Counted from the stretch's first letter, positions 15,711 to 28,307 are shown. The stretch is 64,000 nt of DNA from Octopus vulgaris (GCA_951406725.2 OX597830.1:31186001-31250000); one strand, 5' to 3'. The notes: generated by a model from the sequence alone, not told the origin. Numbers and translations: made by a program.

Positions 15711-15824
15711 CACCCACTCAACCAGTAAGTGTGGCCTACACAACTGAATGTATCCATGAACACATGTATAGATAGAAATATATATACTTTTTTATAAAAA
15801 ATTAATCTAAGAAAACAAACACAT
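15711..15824 (+). repeat. Direct repeat, copy 1 (~115 bp)
   Basis: Near-identical to 17311-17428 (ccagtaag..g.cctacacaactgaatgtatccatgaa.acatgtatagatagaaata...aatctaagaaaacaaa). Confidence 0.85.
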
Positions 15825-15839
15825 ATATGTATATATGAA

Positions 15840-16168
15840 GGCGCATGGCTCAGTGGTTAGAGCATCAGGCCCATATTCAGGAGGTAGTGAGTTCGATTCC
15901 CAGACCAGGCTGAGTGTTGTGTTCTTGAGCAAGACGCTTTATTTCACATCGCTCCAGTTCACTCAGCTGTAGAAATGAGTTGCGACGTCACTGGTACCAA
16001 GCTGTATCAGCCTTTGCCTTTCCCTTGGAAAACATTGGTGGCATGGAGATGGGAGGCTGGCATGCATGTGTAACTGTTGGCCTTCCATAAACAATCTAGC
16101 TCAGACTTGTGCCTTGGAGGGGAACTTTCTAGGTGTGATCCCATGGTCATTCATGACCCTGAGGGTCT
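15840..16168 (+). mobile_element. tRNA-derived SINE with a CORE-like central domain
   Basis: A box tggctcagtggttagagc and B box gagttcgattcc, then gtgttcttgagcaagacgcttt..cagctgtagaaatg, resembling the CORE domain. Ends in (TA)n. Confidence 0.8.
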
Positions 16169-16439
16169 TTATATATATATATATTTGAATACATGCATAT
16201 GTATGTATACATATCTATATACATTTATATACATAATGTATATAAACATATTCATTAAGGGATGGACACTTCCTTATACAGCTGTATTCAGCCATATGTA
16301 TCACGTGTCCATAACCACCACAGTTGATATTTTTTTCTTGCATACATCTGATTTCTCATTTGCACAGATTTTTTTCTCAGCAAATTTGTATTGTCATTCA
16401 TATATGCTTACACAACACATTTTGAGAGAGAGAGCATGC

Positions 16440-17206
16440 TAACTTCATTTCTTCCCAGTCTTCTTCTGTTGCAGTATTGCAGTTCTCACCCAAATGTCAT
16501 CTAATCTGCCTTTCACTTTGACAGAAAAGACCACTGTTGCCAACAGTGGTTGCAGCTCCTTCAGGATTCAGCTCCCTTGTTAAATACATCTCCAAGGTAG
16601 GAGAAACTAGCAACTACTTCTAGTGAGCTGTCTGAGAATTTAAGAAAATCTGTTTTCAGTGTGCTCCTGGTATGTACTGCACCAGCGCATCTGTCACAGA
16701 CAAAGTTTAGATTCTCTGTTTGTCTGCCTCTGAGTTCATTATATCCATTATAACTCTTGTGTGTCTGTAGCTCAGATTGGGTACAACATATGGAGTTTAT
16801 ACTTATTCCCTTAATGCACATCAAGCAAGACCATATCCCTTAAGATACCAGGTTTTTGACTTTTTTAGTGACTAAGACTTTTATCTTTGCTAAATTAACC
16901 TGGAGACTTACTTCACAATTCTAAGTCACATTTCCATAGTTGGAATTTCCTCTCAAATTCTCCTACAGCATTAGTATATAAGAGTTCCTCAAGACATCCA
17001 GTCTTAAACTCATTTGTGATGACCTGCAGGATTGTGACAAGCAGGAGGGGACTGAGCACTGAGCCTAGATGGGCTCCTATCCCCAAGCTATTTGTAGCTT
17101 CTTTGCAGATAGCTTGTACAGCCCTCAGATGAAATCCATATACACCAAATAACCAACAGATTAGTAACCCGCACATTAGTGGTACCCAGTCAAATGCCTT
17201 TTCCAT
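16440..17206 (-). mobile_element. Decayed RTE-clade LINE ORF2 fragment (reverse transcriptase and C-terminal region)
   Basis: Minus-strand translations include MEKAFDWVP, GAHLGSVLSPLLL..LQVITNEFKTGCLEELLY (RT motifs KAFD, QGSxLSP, YADD region), FVCDRCAG, SLEVVASFSYLGD and ELQPLLAT..VKGRL. Frameshifted, with the YADD motif lost. Confidence 0.85.
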
Positions 17207-17238
17207 ACAAATATATATACACACACATATATACATAC

Positions 17239-17269
<31 letters not shown>

Positions 17270-17310
17270 TGTGCACAAAATCAAAATTCATATACAAAAT
17301 TATATCCATT

Positions 17311-17428
17311 CATCCGCTCATCCAGTAAGCGTGACCTACACAACTGAATGTATCCATGAATACATGTATAGATAGAAATATATATACATTCTTCTTTATA
17401 AAAATCTAATCTAAGAAAACAAAAACAT
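17311..17428 (+). repeat. Direct repeat, copy 2
   Basis: Matches 15711-15824. Confidence 0.85.
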
Positions 17429-18267
17429 TCGAAATATATATATCTATAAGCATGCAAAACAACATACATATTCACACATATACAGAAATATACATGCAAG
17501 ATCTACATACATAGTTGAATTAAAAATACTATCATCTCTCCATCCATTATATTGTGCGCTTGTATGCATGTGCACACACACACACACACAGACGCATGTA
17601 CACACACACACACACACCTCACAGACATTTCAATTCCACATCTTTTAGTAATTATGCTCCATGTGTCGGATGCGAAGCTTAAGCAAGAAACTGCAGTTGC
17701 CTGCTACGCCATCTGAAGGATATCTACTATTGTTTATATATATGTGTGTAGATACGCAAACACACACAAAGATATGCGTGTGTGAGTGTATGCGTGTGTG
17801 GATGTATAAATAAATAAAGTAAATAAGCATTTCAATGTTCAAGAGTATAAAGAATGGATGAGATGAGAGAGTGGGAATGGGTTATAGAGAAAGGAGGAAG
17901 GTCAGTATATATATTCCACATGAGTCTCATGTGGTGGAGTTGGGGAAGATGCAATGGCAAAGTGGAGTGGGGAGGAATGAGAAAGGAACTTAAAGATGGC
18001 TGGGTGGTAAGTAAGAAAGACCACCATTAACCAAATTAAAGAAATTTCACTCAGATGGCTGAATGGGCATGTGTGTGTGTGGGGGGGGGGAGTGAGTTAG
18101 TTTAAAAGATAGGAGGTTGGTGGAGAGATGGGTCTTCTAATATTTCAAACTTGGGAGTGTTGGTTATGTGTTCATTTATGAAGGTAGCTGTGTATCAATG
18201 TGTGTGTAAGTTGAGTACATAGAACTGTGTGTATGTATACATACATACACATATGTATAGAAATCTA

Positions 18268-18360
<93 letters not shown>

Positions 18361-18397
18361 ATATGTATGTATGTATGTATATATATATATGTGTGTG

Positions 18398-18521
18398 TGA
18401 CAATTATTTGGTAGCCGTGATAAAACTCTGAGTTTCAGATGTCGGGGCGGAAACCCACACCAGCATCTCTTCAGTTATTGGTCCATCAAAAAATGCTATG
18501 AAAATGACTGAATAATTGTCA
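18398..18521 (-). ncRNA. Type I hammerhead ribozyme-like motif within a short interspersed element
   Basis: Minus strand: ATAA-CTGAAGA-[GATGCTGGTGTGG gttt CCGCCCCGACATC]-t-GAAA-CTCAGAG-TT-TTAT. This gives a CUGANGA core, long stem II, GAAA, palindromic stem III, GUU site and 4-bp stem I. It is closed by an 11-bp inverted repeat tgacaattatt/aataattgtca. One extra U lies before GAAA. Confidence 0.6.
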
Positions 18522-18600
18522 TGTATTATATTTACAGATAAATTCCTCTATTTACATAATATCGAGGTCTCATTCACTCTTTTGTAGTCTTACCATTACT
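18398..18600 (-). mobile_element. Short non-autonomous element A carrying the hammerhead motif (Penelope/retrozyme-like)
   Basis: ~200-bp complex block between (TG)n and (TA)n arrays, containing the hammerhead fold, with no tRNA A/B boxes. Boundaries are approximate. Confidence 0.45.
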
Positions 18601-18679
18601 ATCAATATATATATATATATATGTGTGTATGTATGTATATATATACACACACATACATCTTTTACCGTTTATATATATA

Positions 18680-18870
18680 TAGTTGAAATTTATGGAAAAA
18701 CAAAAGACGAAGACAGGTGTATGAACAAGGAAATGTATTAGTTTGACACTCAGAAATAATGAAAAAGTTTTTTTACATTTTGAGCCTACGCTCTTCAACA
18801 GAAAGGAATAAGAGAAAATATACAGAGAACAAAAATGACTTGTAGATTTCAGCAGTCTAGCATCGTGAAT
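18680..18870 (-). mobile_element. Short element B with a decayed minimal hammerhead-like motif at 18771-18806
   Basis: Minus strand: ttt-CTGTTGA-a-GAGC gtag GCTC-AAAA-TG-TA-aaa. Reverting two CpG-type transitions gives GCTC-GAAA-CG-TA, the minimal palindromic stem III layout of Penelope-type hammerheads. The element sits between (TA)n arrays. Confidence 0.45.
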
Positions 18871-19092
18871 ATATATTGTAGATATATATATATATATATG
18901 GATGTTAAACGATGATGATGATGATGATGATGATATATATATATATATATATATGCACAGACACACATATATATTGAGGTAGAAAATCTGTCTTGGTATA
19001 CTCTATTCAATTCATGCAAGTGAATATTAAAATAATGATGATGATGATAATGATAATGAAGATGGCAACGATGATAATGAGATATATATCTT

Positions 19093-19127
<35 letters not shown>

Positions 19128-19409
19128 ATTCTTTTATTCTTACATTTAACTGAAGTCCAGTGGCCAAAACCACTAAGAACCCAAATATTTAGTTTTTAAG
19201 TGTGCTATTTATTCTATCAATTTCTATTTGCTGAAATTATGAGACTCAAACAAATGCATGCACACACACACACACAGCATCAATATAGTTTTTAGCTATC
19301 AAATTTCACTCACAAGCTATTATTGGTTGACCCTAGGCAATAGTAGAAAACAATTACCCAAGTTACCATGCAGTTGGACCAAATCCAAGGCCATGGCGTA
19401 CATATAACC

Positions 19410-19860
19410 ATCATCATCATCACCATTGTTTTAACATCTGGAGATTTTACACCAACATTGATTATTATTATGTCCTCCTTGGTCTTTATCTACCCCAAAC
19501 ACTTTTCACTGTTTGCCCACATCACTTTATTCATCCATTTACATCACAGTACTTTTGCCTCTCCTGCACACATCCCTTCTGCTCCACTTTTTATTCCTCA
19601 ACATTCACAGAACTTACATCTACACTCACTGGTCATATCTTAAGATCAGACCGCATCTCACTCGTTTTCACATGATCCATAGCTAATCCACCTTTTGCAT
19701 TGCAAAGGAAACTCATTGCTATCAACAAGGGTAACCATCTATTATCAAACTTGTTCTTGTTTATTACTCTAGTTACTATAAGCTGTAACTACTTGTATTA
19801 ATTGTGTGATCTAAGCTAACTGAAATTATCTACAACATCTAGTTAGGTACAAAAGTAGTC
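19410..19860 (-). mobile_element. Older decayed RTE LINE 3' fragment
   Basis: Minus strand translates to LDVVDNFS*L and IVTRV..KF..LPLLIAMSF..AKGGL, homologous to the copy at 16.4-16.6 kb. It ends in the tail gatgttaaaacaatggtgatgatgatg. Confidence 0.55.
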
Positions 19861-20316
19861 CATGAAATTCATTTTATGGCTGTCCCATTACCTAAATCAT
19901 TCCCTATATCAAGTGCATTCAAAGTCCTTATTCTCTGACACTTTGCCTATGGCATCAAGTGGATTTATATGTTTCTATTGTTAACACTGAGTCTATCAAA
20001 AAATAAATACAAGTATGGAGCTCAATATGATCACTGAAACCCCCAATGAAATTATGCAAGAGCAGTCACAATTTAATGACTGAATGAAACCAACAAAAGA
20101 ATGTGTGCGTGCGCACATGTGTATGTGCCTGCATGAAGCAACACTACACTACTCAGTGCACATTTGTGGAGGTATTATGTTGAGTACACTATATAGGTAT
20201 ATGCAAATTACTAATACATCAAATTATTAAATTCATACTACATACTACCATTAAGTATTTATCAATAAGTTGGCAAAAATTATCATCAATGCTTCATATA
20301 ATTAAACTAATATCTA

Positions 20317-20822
20317 TGGTCAATGTGTATATAAACACTGTCAGTGGTCAATCTAATAAAAATAGCACCAGTGGTCAGTCTCATAAAATTATCCCCAATA
20401 GTGTGGTATAATAAAACCACCTAGAGTAGTCCAGTATAATAAAACAGTTTGCATTGGTCAAAACTATCCCCAGTGGTCAATATAATAAAACTATGACCAG
20501 TGGTAGAATAATAAATGCACCACCAGTGGTCAAAGTAATAAAACCACCACCATCAACAGCAGCAGCAGCCAGTATAATGTAATTATGGTCAATAGTCAAT
20601 ATAATAAAATCTTAGTGTAATGGTTAATATAGGAAGCTGCCATCAGCGATGGTCTGTATGATAAAACTATCAGCATTGTTGAGTAGTGTACAGAAGCCAG
20701 TAGTGGTCAGTATAATAAAACTATCGCCAATCTGGACAGTTTGGGAAACTGCCATCATCAGTGTCAGTATAATAAAACTAGGACAAGTGGTCAGTCACAC
20801 AAAACAAGTACCATTAGTCAAC
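20317..20822. repeat. Degenerate ~27-bp minisatellite, consensus ~gtggtcagtataataaaactatcacca
   Basis: Repeated gtggtca..tataataaaac units at ~27-bp spacing across ~500 bp. Confidence 0.75.
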
Positions 20823-21979
20823 AAGGATGGCCACTAAAATCAATTAGGAAAAATAAACAAAAGAAGTGTGTGTTAATGTGCAGTAAGAAGAAAGAGAGGC
20901 ACAAGCAATGCACCTCGACCCTCCTTTTATTGTCTATATATCCTGTTAGAAATAGGTTTTTCCCTTCATTATTTTGGCTGACCTAGACAAATCTATAAAG
21001 AGCAATCACACTTCTTTAATTTCTTCAATTAATCCTTTCACTAATTATCTCAGAGATTGATAAGGATGGTACTGAATTCCTGTTCTTGTGGCATTCAACT
21101 GATGAGAGACAAACTTTGCCCAATAAGATGCCAGTCTATTGTTGGTAGTTTTCCAAGAAGTTCTGTACCTATTCTTAACAGCTAATGAACTGAGGTACAG
21201 AGAATAAAGTAAGTAGCTAATCCAGAGACAATGAAATTCCTCCAACAGTGAATATGAAACTCATAAATCAAGATCAAGTAGTCCATTTTAATTCATACAT
21301 CTATCCAATAATTTTGATTTCAATTCAAATTCACCATTTGGCACTCCTAACAAACATGGATTACTTCTGACAAAGCAACTAAATATAATGAATGCAGTCA
21401 GAAAGGGTAGGAAAAAAATTAATGTTATAGATCCCAGAATATATTAGATATTTATCTTAACAAACCCTAGGAATGATAAAAAGGTAAAGTTGTCAAAGGT
21501 GAACCACTGGCCAACAAATTAAGGAACTGTATTACTCTTGCTTACAAGTTAGACTAACACAGTAAAACAGCTGAAGTGTACGTGAAAGAGGAGGGCATTA
21601 GTGCATATCTGTGTGTGTGTGTGTTTGTTGGTGTATATATACACATTTGGTGCAGAAATTTCATGTTTAAGCAGAAGAGTAATGATTAAAAAAATGAATT
21701 TATTTAAATATATTATTTCTCTGTATTTTAATAAGATATCATTATAAATGCTTGATGATACATAACGGTAGTTAATATATATGAGATTCACGAAAAAGTA
21801 CAGCTAATTATCATTCACAAATAAGTATGATTTGGTAATATATCCCATGCAAACCATGCTTTCATCAACTGTTTTAGGTTTGACTAAGTGGTCACCTGCA
21901 GGCATAAACACTCTCTTGTCCTTCAGAGGAACATCTAGGATATGACTTAGGAATGGAGAGAGGGTAGTATGAGCAAAAA

Positions 21980-22098
21980 GCTGACACATTACAACTGAGT
22001 ATCTTGTTCAAGGTCACAAATGAGCCATTGGTGCCAGGAATTGAACCCAAGACCTTATGATCACAAGTTGAACATCCAAACAATTGTACCATGCACAT
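21980..22098 (-). mobile_element. tRNA-derived SINE head
   Basis: Reverse strand reads tggtacaattg...gggttcaattcctggc...gtgaccttgaacaagatact (A box, B box, CORE-like motif). Confidence 0.6.
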
Positions 22099-22439
22099 TC
22101 CCTAAACAAAGTATAGGTACACAGTGTCAGTGCATGCTAAAGGGGTGGACTAAAAGGGCTGATTGTAGGAAAGGCCTATAGCTTAAAACAGTTCTCCAAA
22201 AGTCCCATCCAACTCGATGAAGATGATTATATGTATATATGCATGTATTTATACACACACTCACACACATATATATATATTCAATCTAACAGAGTAGTAC
22301 AAACAAATACACAGATAGATAAGTCTGAGACTAATATAAATATTGGAGATAATGATTAGCTAAAACCCTTAAAGGTAGTGCACCAGCATGGCCACAGTCC
22401 AGTCAATGAAACAAGTAAAAGAACAATAGCTACATGGGT

Positions 22440-22458
22440 AGATAGCTAGCTAGCTAAC

Positions 22459-22512
<54 letters not shown>

Positions 22513-22848
22513 TAGATAGATAGATTAGATAGACAGACAGACAGATAGATAGATAGATTAGATAGACAGATAGATTAGATAGACAGACAGACAGATAGAT
22601 TAAATAGACAGACAGACAGATAGATAGATAGATTAGATAGACAGATAGATTAGAGAGATAGACAGATAGATTGATTAGATAGATAGCTAGCTAGCTAGAT
22701 AGATAGATAGACAGATTAAATAGATAGACAGAAAGATAGATTAGATAGATAGATTAGATAGATAGATAGATAGATAGACAGATTAAATAGATAGACAGAA
22801 AGATAGATTAGATAGATAGATAGATAGATAGATAGGTAGATAGATAGA
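22440..22848. repeat. Compound (GATA)n/(GACA)n/(GCTA)n microsatellite
   Basis: ~400 bp of tetranucleotide repeats, including a duplicated higher-order block (gattaaatagatagacagaaagatagatta). Confidence 0.95.
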
Positions 22849-23359
22849 TCTACACATTAATGTTTTTCTTTAGATAAGCATAAAACCACAATTTGCATGG
22901 AATAAGTAGCGACAAATGAATCAAGCTCTCTCTCAAAATGCCTTGTAGTTATTCCTCCACAGCAAGATTTTGAACTCAGAATGTAAATATTGTAAGGTTT
23001 TTCAGTGATACACTTCACAATTGTTGCCATTCTAAAAGCACTCATGTACACATGCTGACAGAGATTTGTGTTCCAAGGGTCCCACAAACTAGCCAGGTTT
23101 CCCAACATATAACGTGTATGAAAGCTGCCTTCTTTACATATCGGACACTGTATGTGACGACTCTGTGTAAGTATTAGATGAATATACATGGATGCTTAAT
23201 CGTTATCATGTTGGAATGGTGCTGATGTTGATAGCAGCATTCATTATAATCACAGCAGTCAGTAGTGAGGATAGTGGCAGTCTGGGGTGGGGCTGGCAGT
23301 TGTAGTAGCAGTCGTGGTGGCGGTGGCAGCGGCAATGATTGATGAGTTGATAAAGTGAC

Positions 23360-23392
<33 letters not shown>

Positions 23393-24245
23393 AATCGTGC
23401 TGAGGATGCTGCTGCTGCAGCTGATGACATTGATAAGGCTGATGCTGAAAAGGATGATGATGATGATGATGACAATGACGACGGCAATTATGATGATGAT
23501 GAGATGATGGTGGTAATGACGACGATGATGATGGTGATGATGATGATGATATCTTCCCTCACTATCACATAAGTCATCAGTATTTATATTTGCATTATCA
23601 TTACATCATTACATATACTGCTAGATTATCATCTTGGGCTGAGGAAGGTTTGCCCTGTTTTGTTCTTTTAGTTTTAACAAAAATAATAACAACAACATCA
23701 TTACCTCAGTGGGAATATATCTATGCAGACACATTAACATACTTACAGGAGTAAGTGGGAATTGATAGTAGGAAGGGCATCGTACCAAACTATGGAATAT
23801 GCAAGCGAGATGTGAACTTTATAATCTGCATAAGAGGCGAGTCATGTAGGATAAGCAATGACACCAAATAAGGCTGATGGACTAGAGGGGATGCATTAGG
23901 CTTTTGGTACAGGATACCCCTCAAGTGCTGGTCAAATGAGAGAATGTAACCTGTCCATGCTGTGAGACAAACGCAAAAACTAAATCAACTCGATTTCTCT
24001 CTCAGCTACTGTGTGCGCAGTATTACATGAACCATGACAAGATCCATTCAGTTCATGCCAGCATGGGAAAATTGAATGTGATGGTGATGATGGTGATGAC
24101 GATGACGATGTATTTCATGTCTACACATAATATATACACGTAAAAGGAAGCATGCACAAGATAGAATTGAAGATGGACAGTGAAAGGAAACAAGTGGAAA
24201 AATATTTATACACACAGAATATATGTGTGTGTTTATATACACACA

Positions 24246-24283
<38 letters not shown>

Positions 24284-25033
24284 CTTGTGTATATTACAGA
24301 GAAACACATATCTATATATGTAAACACACATAGACATATACATACACGTGTTTGTTTGTGTGTGTGTGTGTGTGTGTGTACATTTATATATATGTGTGTG
24401 TTTGCATGTAAATTTCATTATTAACAAGCTGCTAAGATATACAACAGACAACTATATATGTATATATGTGTGTATGTGGTATAGTAAAATATACTGAAAT
24501 ATTTATTCCCCATTTACTGCAGTTAGCATCATATGTACAGACAGTGCAACAATAAGCTAAATCAATGCAGCAAAAGAACAATGACAGTACTAACACCTGT
24601 TGTTGCAGTTGTTGCTCTTGTTGTTGTTGTTCTTACAGTAGCTGCCATTTTTATCCATATAAGCACGAAACAAATATACATTTATGATTACATGGCTGTG
24701 TAATTTGCGTGTGTGCATGTGTGTGTGTGTGTGCATGTGTTTATATTTGCCTGTGTAGATGTGTATGAAGTGTACTGTTCTGTATAGCATTGCATGCCAC
24801 TGTGAATTTATACTTATAATTTCATTGATTTATATCTGGATACATAATTATTAATGAGCCTGGATTTTTGAAGTATGTGGGTGTACAATAAACATGTATA
24901 TATATATAGATAGATAGATACATACATACATATATACTCACACATACACATGCATATATATATTGGTCAGTTCATAAGTCCGGAAAAATAGCATACTCTA
25001 AAAATTTTTGTTAAACAGTAGTATTTTGTGCAA

Positions 25034-25261
25034 TTGTTGGTTATGGCTGGTCAGAAAGCGACCATTGGTACTATATCTATTATTGCAGGGTTTTTAAAAA
25101 TATTTTCTTACCCCCATGCAGATCAAGACTGTGTCCTTACCTTCACTAGTAAAGAGGTCATGTGCCTCTGGCCATCGGGTCTGTTGTGTCGCCTATATTG
25201 CCAAAGGCAATTTATAGATATGAAACCAATGATCTATTTCTGACCAACCATGACAAACGAC
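25034..25261. mobile_element. MITE-like element with ~45-bp imperfect terminal inverted repeats
   Basis: Left arm atggctggtcagaaagcgaccattggtactatatctat; reverse complement of the right arm atggttggtcagaaatagatcattggtttcatatctat. Confidence 0.65.
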
Positions 25262-26721
25262 TACATACATGCACATACACACACACACATATATATGCTC
25301 ACACACATGTATTTATGCATATATAAATACACACACAAGCTTCACATGTAGACACCTGCACAGCTTCCATCTAAAATATTTCACATATAAGGTAGTGACG
25401 CTGAGTTTATAGTAGAAAAATATTTGTCCAGAGAATGTGACAGTGTGTTCTAAACCACAGAAACATACTTCTGTATAAATATGTAACATATAGTTTGAAT
25501 TTTTCCTGTACCGTTCAGCTTGTATGTTTTTTTTTTTCATAATTGTACATGCATGTACAACATACCCATAAGTGTAATGGTCTACATCTAATTTATACAT
25601 AAACATGCTTACACACACACACACATATGTATGTGTATTTGCATGTGTGTGTGTGTGTGCATGTAAAAGTGGTGCAGTGGCAGAAATAGATAACAGAATG
25701 CAAAATTGTATGAATCTGAGTTTTGCTCATTATCATCATCAGCATCATCGTAAGTGTATTTTCCCATCCAAACATGAGTCGGACAGGTTTCAAAACATCT
25801 TGCCACTTATTTATCTTTCATCAATCTTGTACACACACACACACAAAACCAGCCATATTTTTCCCTTTTACAGCTGATACCCTTCCTATTGCAAATCTAT
25901 TCAAGACAGTAAATATAATAAAATAGGAATCTATCATACATTGACTGGGATTGATTCAGTTAGCTAATACTGCTCACTAACAATTTTTTTTTTTTGGTTT
26001 CTTTTTCCACTCAGAAATTAAAACATTTAGAAGTAGTGGGTGCGTAAGAAGTAATGTTTGCCAACTGGATTCCTATCAAGTTATTAAATTTCTATATATT
26101 ACTGTTACTTAATTCATCTAAACACAGGCATGAATGCACTACAAATCTGAACACAGCATGGCACCCAAGAACCCAACAAGATCTTGATCTTGGAGATCAC
26201 TTATTCGGGCTATATGCATTTATATACACCAATTAAAATCTCAACTGTACATGTCAACTGAAATCCTGATATTTTTAGAATATGAAGACGACTGAAGTTT
26301 TACATGTTTTCTTTTTGTTTTTCTTTTTCTTAATTAATACAAAATCCTTGACCCTCATATTTCCATTCTGATGCCTTTATAAGAACGCATAACACATAGC
26401 CATGTGTTTTCTTCATGTCCTCACTTCTTATATCTGATTTGGTTGTTACTCAGTTGAAAATAGCTGTTCTTTGGAAGGGCAGTGTCTAATTTAAATTCCT
26501 GTAATGCATATGAATGTGTGTGTGTGTATGGTTTAATATGTTCTTCCCCTTCAACCAGTAACCTGCAGTTTACACTGACTGGAGTTCAAGCTTGACACAG
26601 AGCACCTGGAAGTGCTGCAAGCATGACTGTTTCCTCCTCAAACTAAATAATGACAATAGTTTCTTACTCAGATACAAACTATGAACATAACAGTATTCTT
26701 CTGAGGCTGAGATGGAGAAAC

Positions 26722-26769
<48 letters not shown>

Positions 26770-27443
26770 GGATGGATGGATGGATGGATGGATGTGTGGT
26801 GGGGATCACAGAGTTTGCAACTGTTTCACAAAAGATAGCTTACATTATAAAAGAAACCACCCAAGAGGGATTTAAGGTTAGCATTTTTTCTTTTTAAATG
26901 CTTTTGCTCTATTTTGCTGTGTTAACCTTAATAATAGAATACCAATATACTGTCTGTATTGAGGCAAGTGAGACCATATGATGTCTTTCTATTTATTCAT
27001 CAAGCTGTTGGTCTGTCTTATATAAGACGTCTATCAATATATTTAACTCTTCATATATTTAATTCTCTCTACACACATTCTTATCATCTCTCTCACTATG
27101 TACACTTAGTTACATATATATAATAAGTCAAATGCCCAAATGTAAGAATATGTGTTTCTCTGACACACACAGACGTCTATGGAGATATTTCACTTTAAAT
27201 ATATAACATTTTTAAATATACACAATTATGTGCAGGATTAGAGAATTTTTAGTTTTATTTCCCATATTTCACTCATCTTTTGTGGTTTTTAGAGCTAGTT
27301 GTGATTTCTAGTAGTAAATCTCTTGATATCTGCAGAATATATCAAGGATTTTAATTCCTTGGCACGATTCTTTGATTATCTCCCCTCCAACATCCACTTC
27401 TCTCTCCCCACTCTTCCATAATCTATATTTATATTATATTTTA

Positions 27444-27481
<38 letters not shown>

Positions 27482-28307
27482 AAATGAAAACCATCCTAGA
27501 TATCATGCATACATACATAAAATACATTACTATATGTGATTATATGAGTAAACATTTGTGAACATTTGAATGCGCATGCATCAATAAGTCTAAAGACATC
27601 TACATTGATCTCTCCATTCGCTTGTATACACACACTATTCACAACAAACACACACATACATATATCTTTCATTTTTCTCCAAGACTAATTAATATAATGT
27701 TATATCAAAAGATATAGTATTATAAACCAGGAAAATCCACTGGTGAAGATTGATATAGCTAGTTCTTTAGTTACCATTTCTGTAATTAATTTTGTAATGT
27801 ATATTTCTCTCTGCCTGTCTGTCTCCCTCTCTCTTAACACACACACACACACATATAAGCATGAAATCAATATATATTTGTACACTATGTAAAGTTACAC
27901 ATATATGTGTGTATTTGTGTGTGTATGCTTGTGTATATATATGTATATGTATATGATGTTGAGTTGTATTTATATATATGTACACATATATATATCCATC
28001 TACATATATATACACAAGCATATATCCTTTTACTTCAACCACATGTGTTTTAAATACATTCAGCTAAGCTATCAAGAATGGAAACTTGTACACATTTTGT
28101 AGATAAATACAAAATTATAGACTTATTCATTGTTTTACTTACATAACAAAATGAATTTTTCTAAATTCAGAGACAAATATACAACACATGATGATGATGA
28201 TGACATTTACATAAGCACACACACATACATATTAAGAAACAGGCTGACTTAGCTGTTTGCATTGCTTAAAGTATCATGGACATGAAAAAAAAACCCACCT
28301 CCTTAGT

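Noticed and set aside
20317-20822. CRISPR-like array
   Set aside because: The units are contiguous and diverged with no unique spacers, the context is eukaryotic, and there are no cas genes.
26540-26562. tccccttcaaccag resembles mature miR-133
   Set aside because: The seed (ttggtcc) is absent and there is no complementary arm at pre-miRNA distance.
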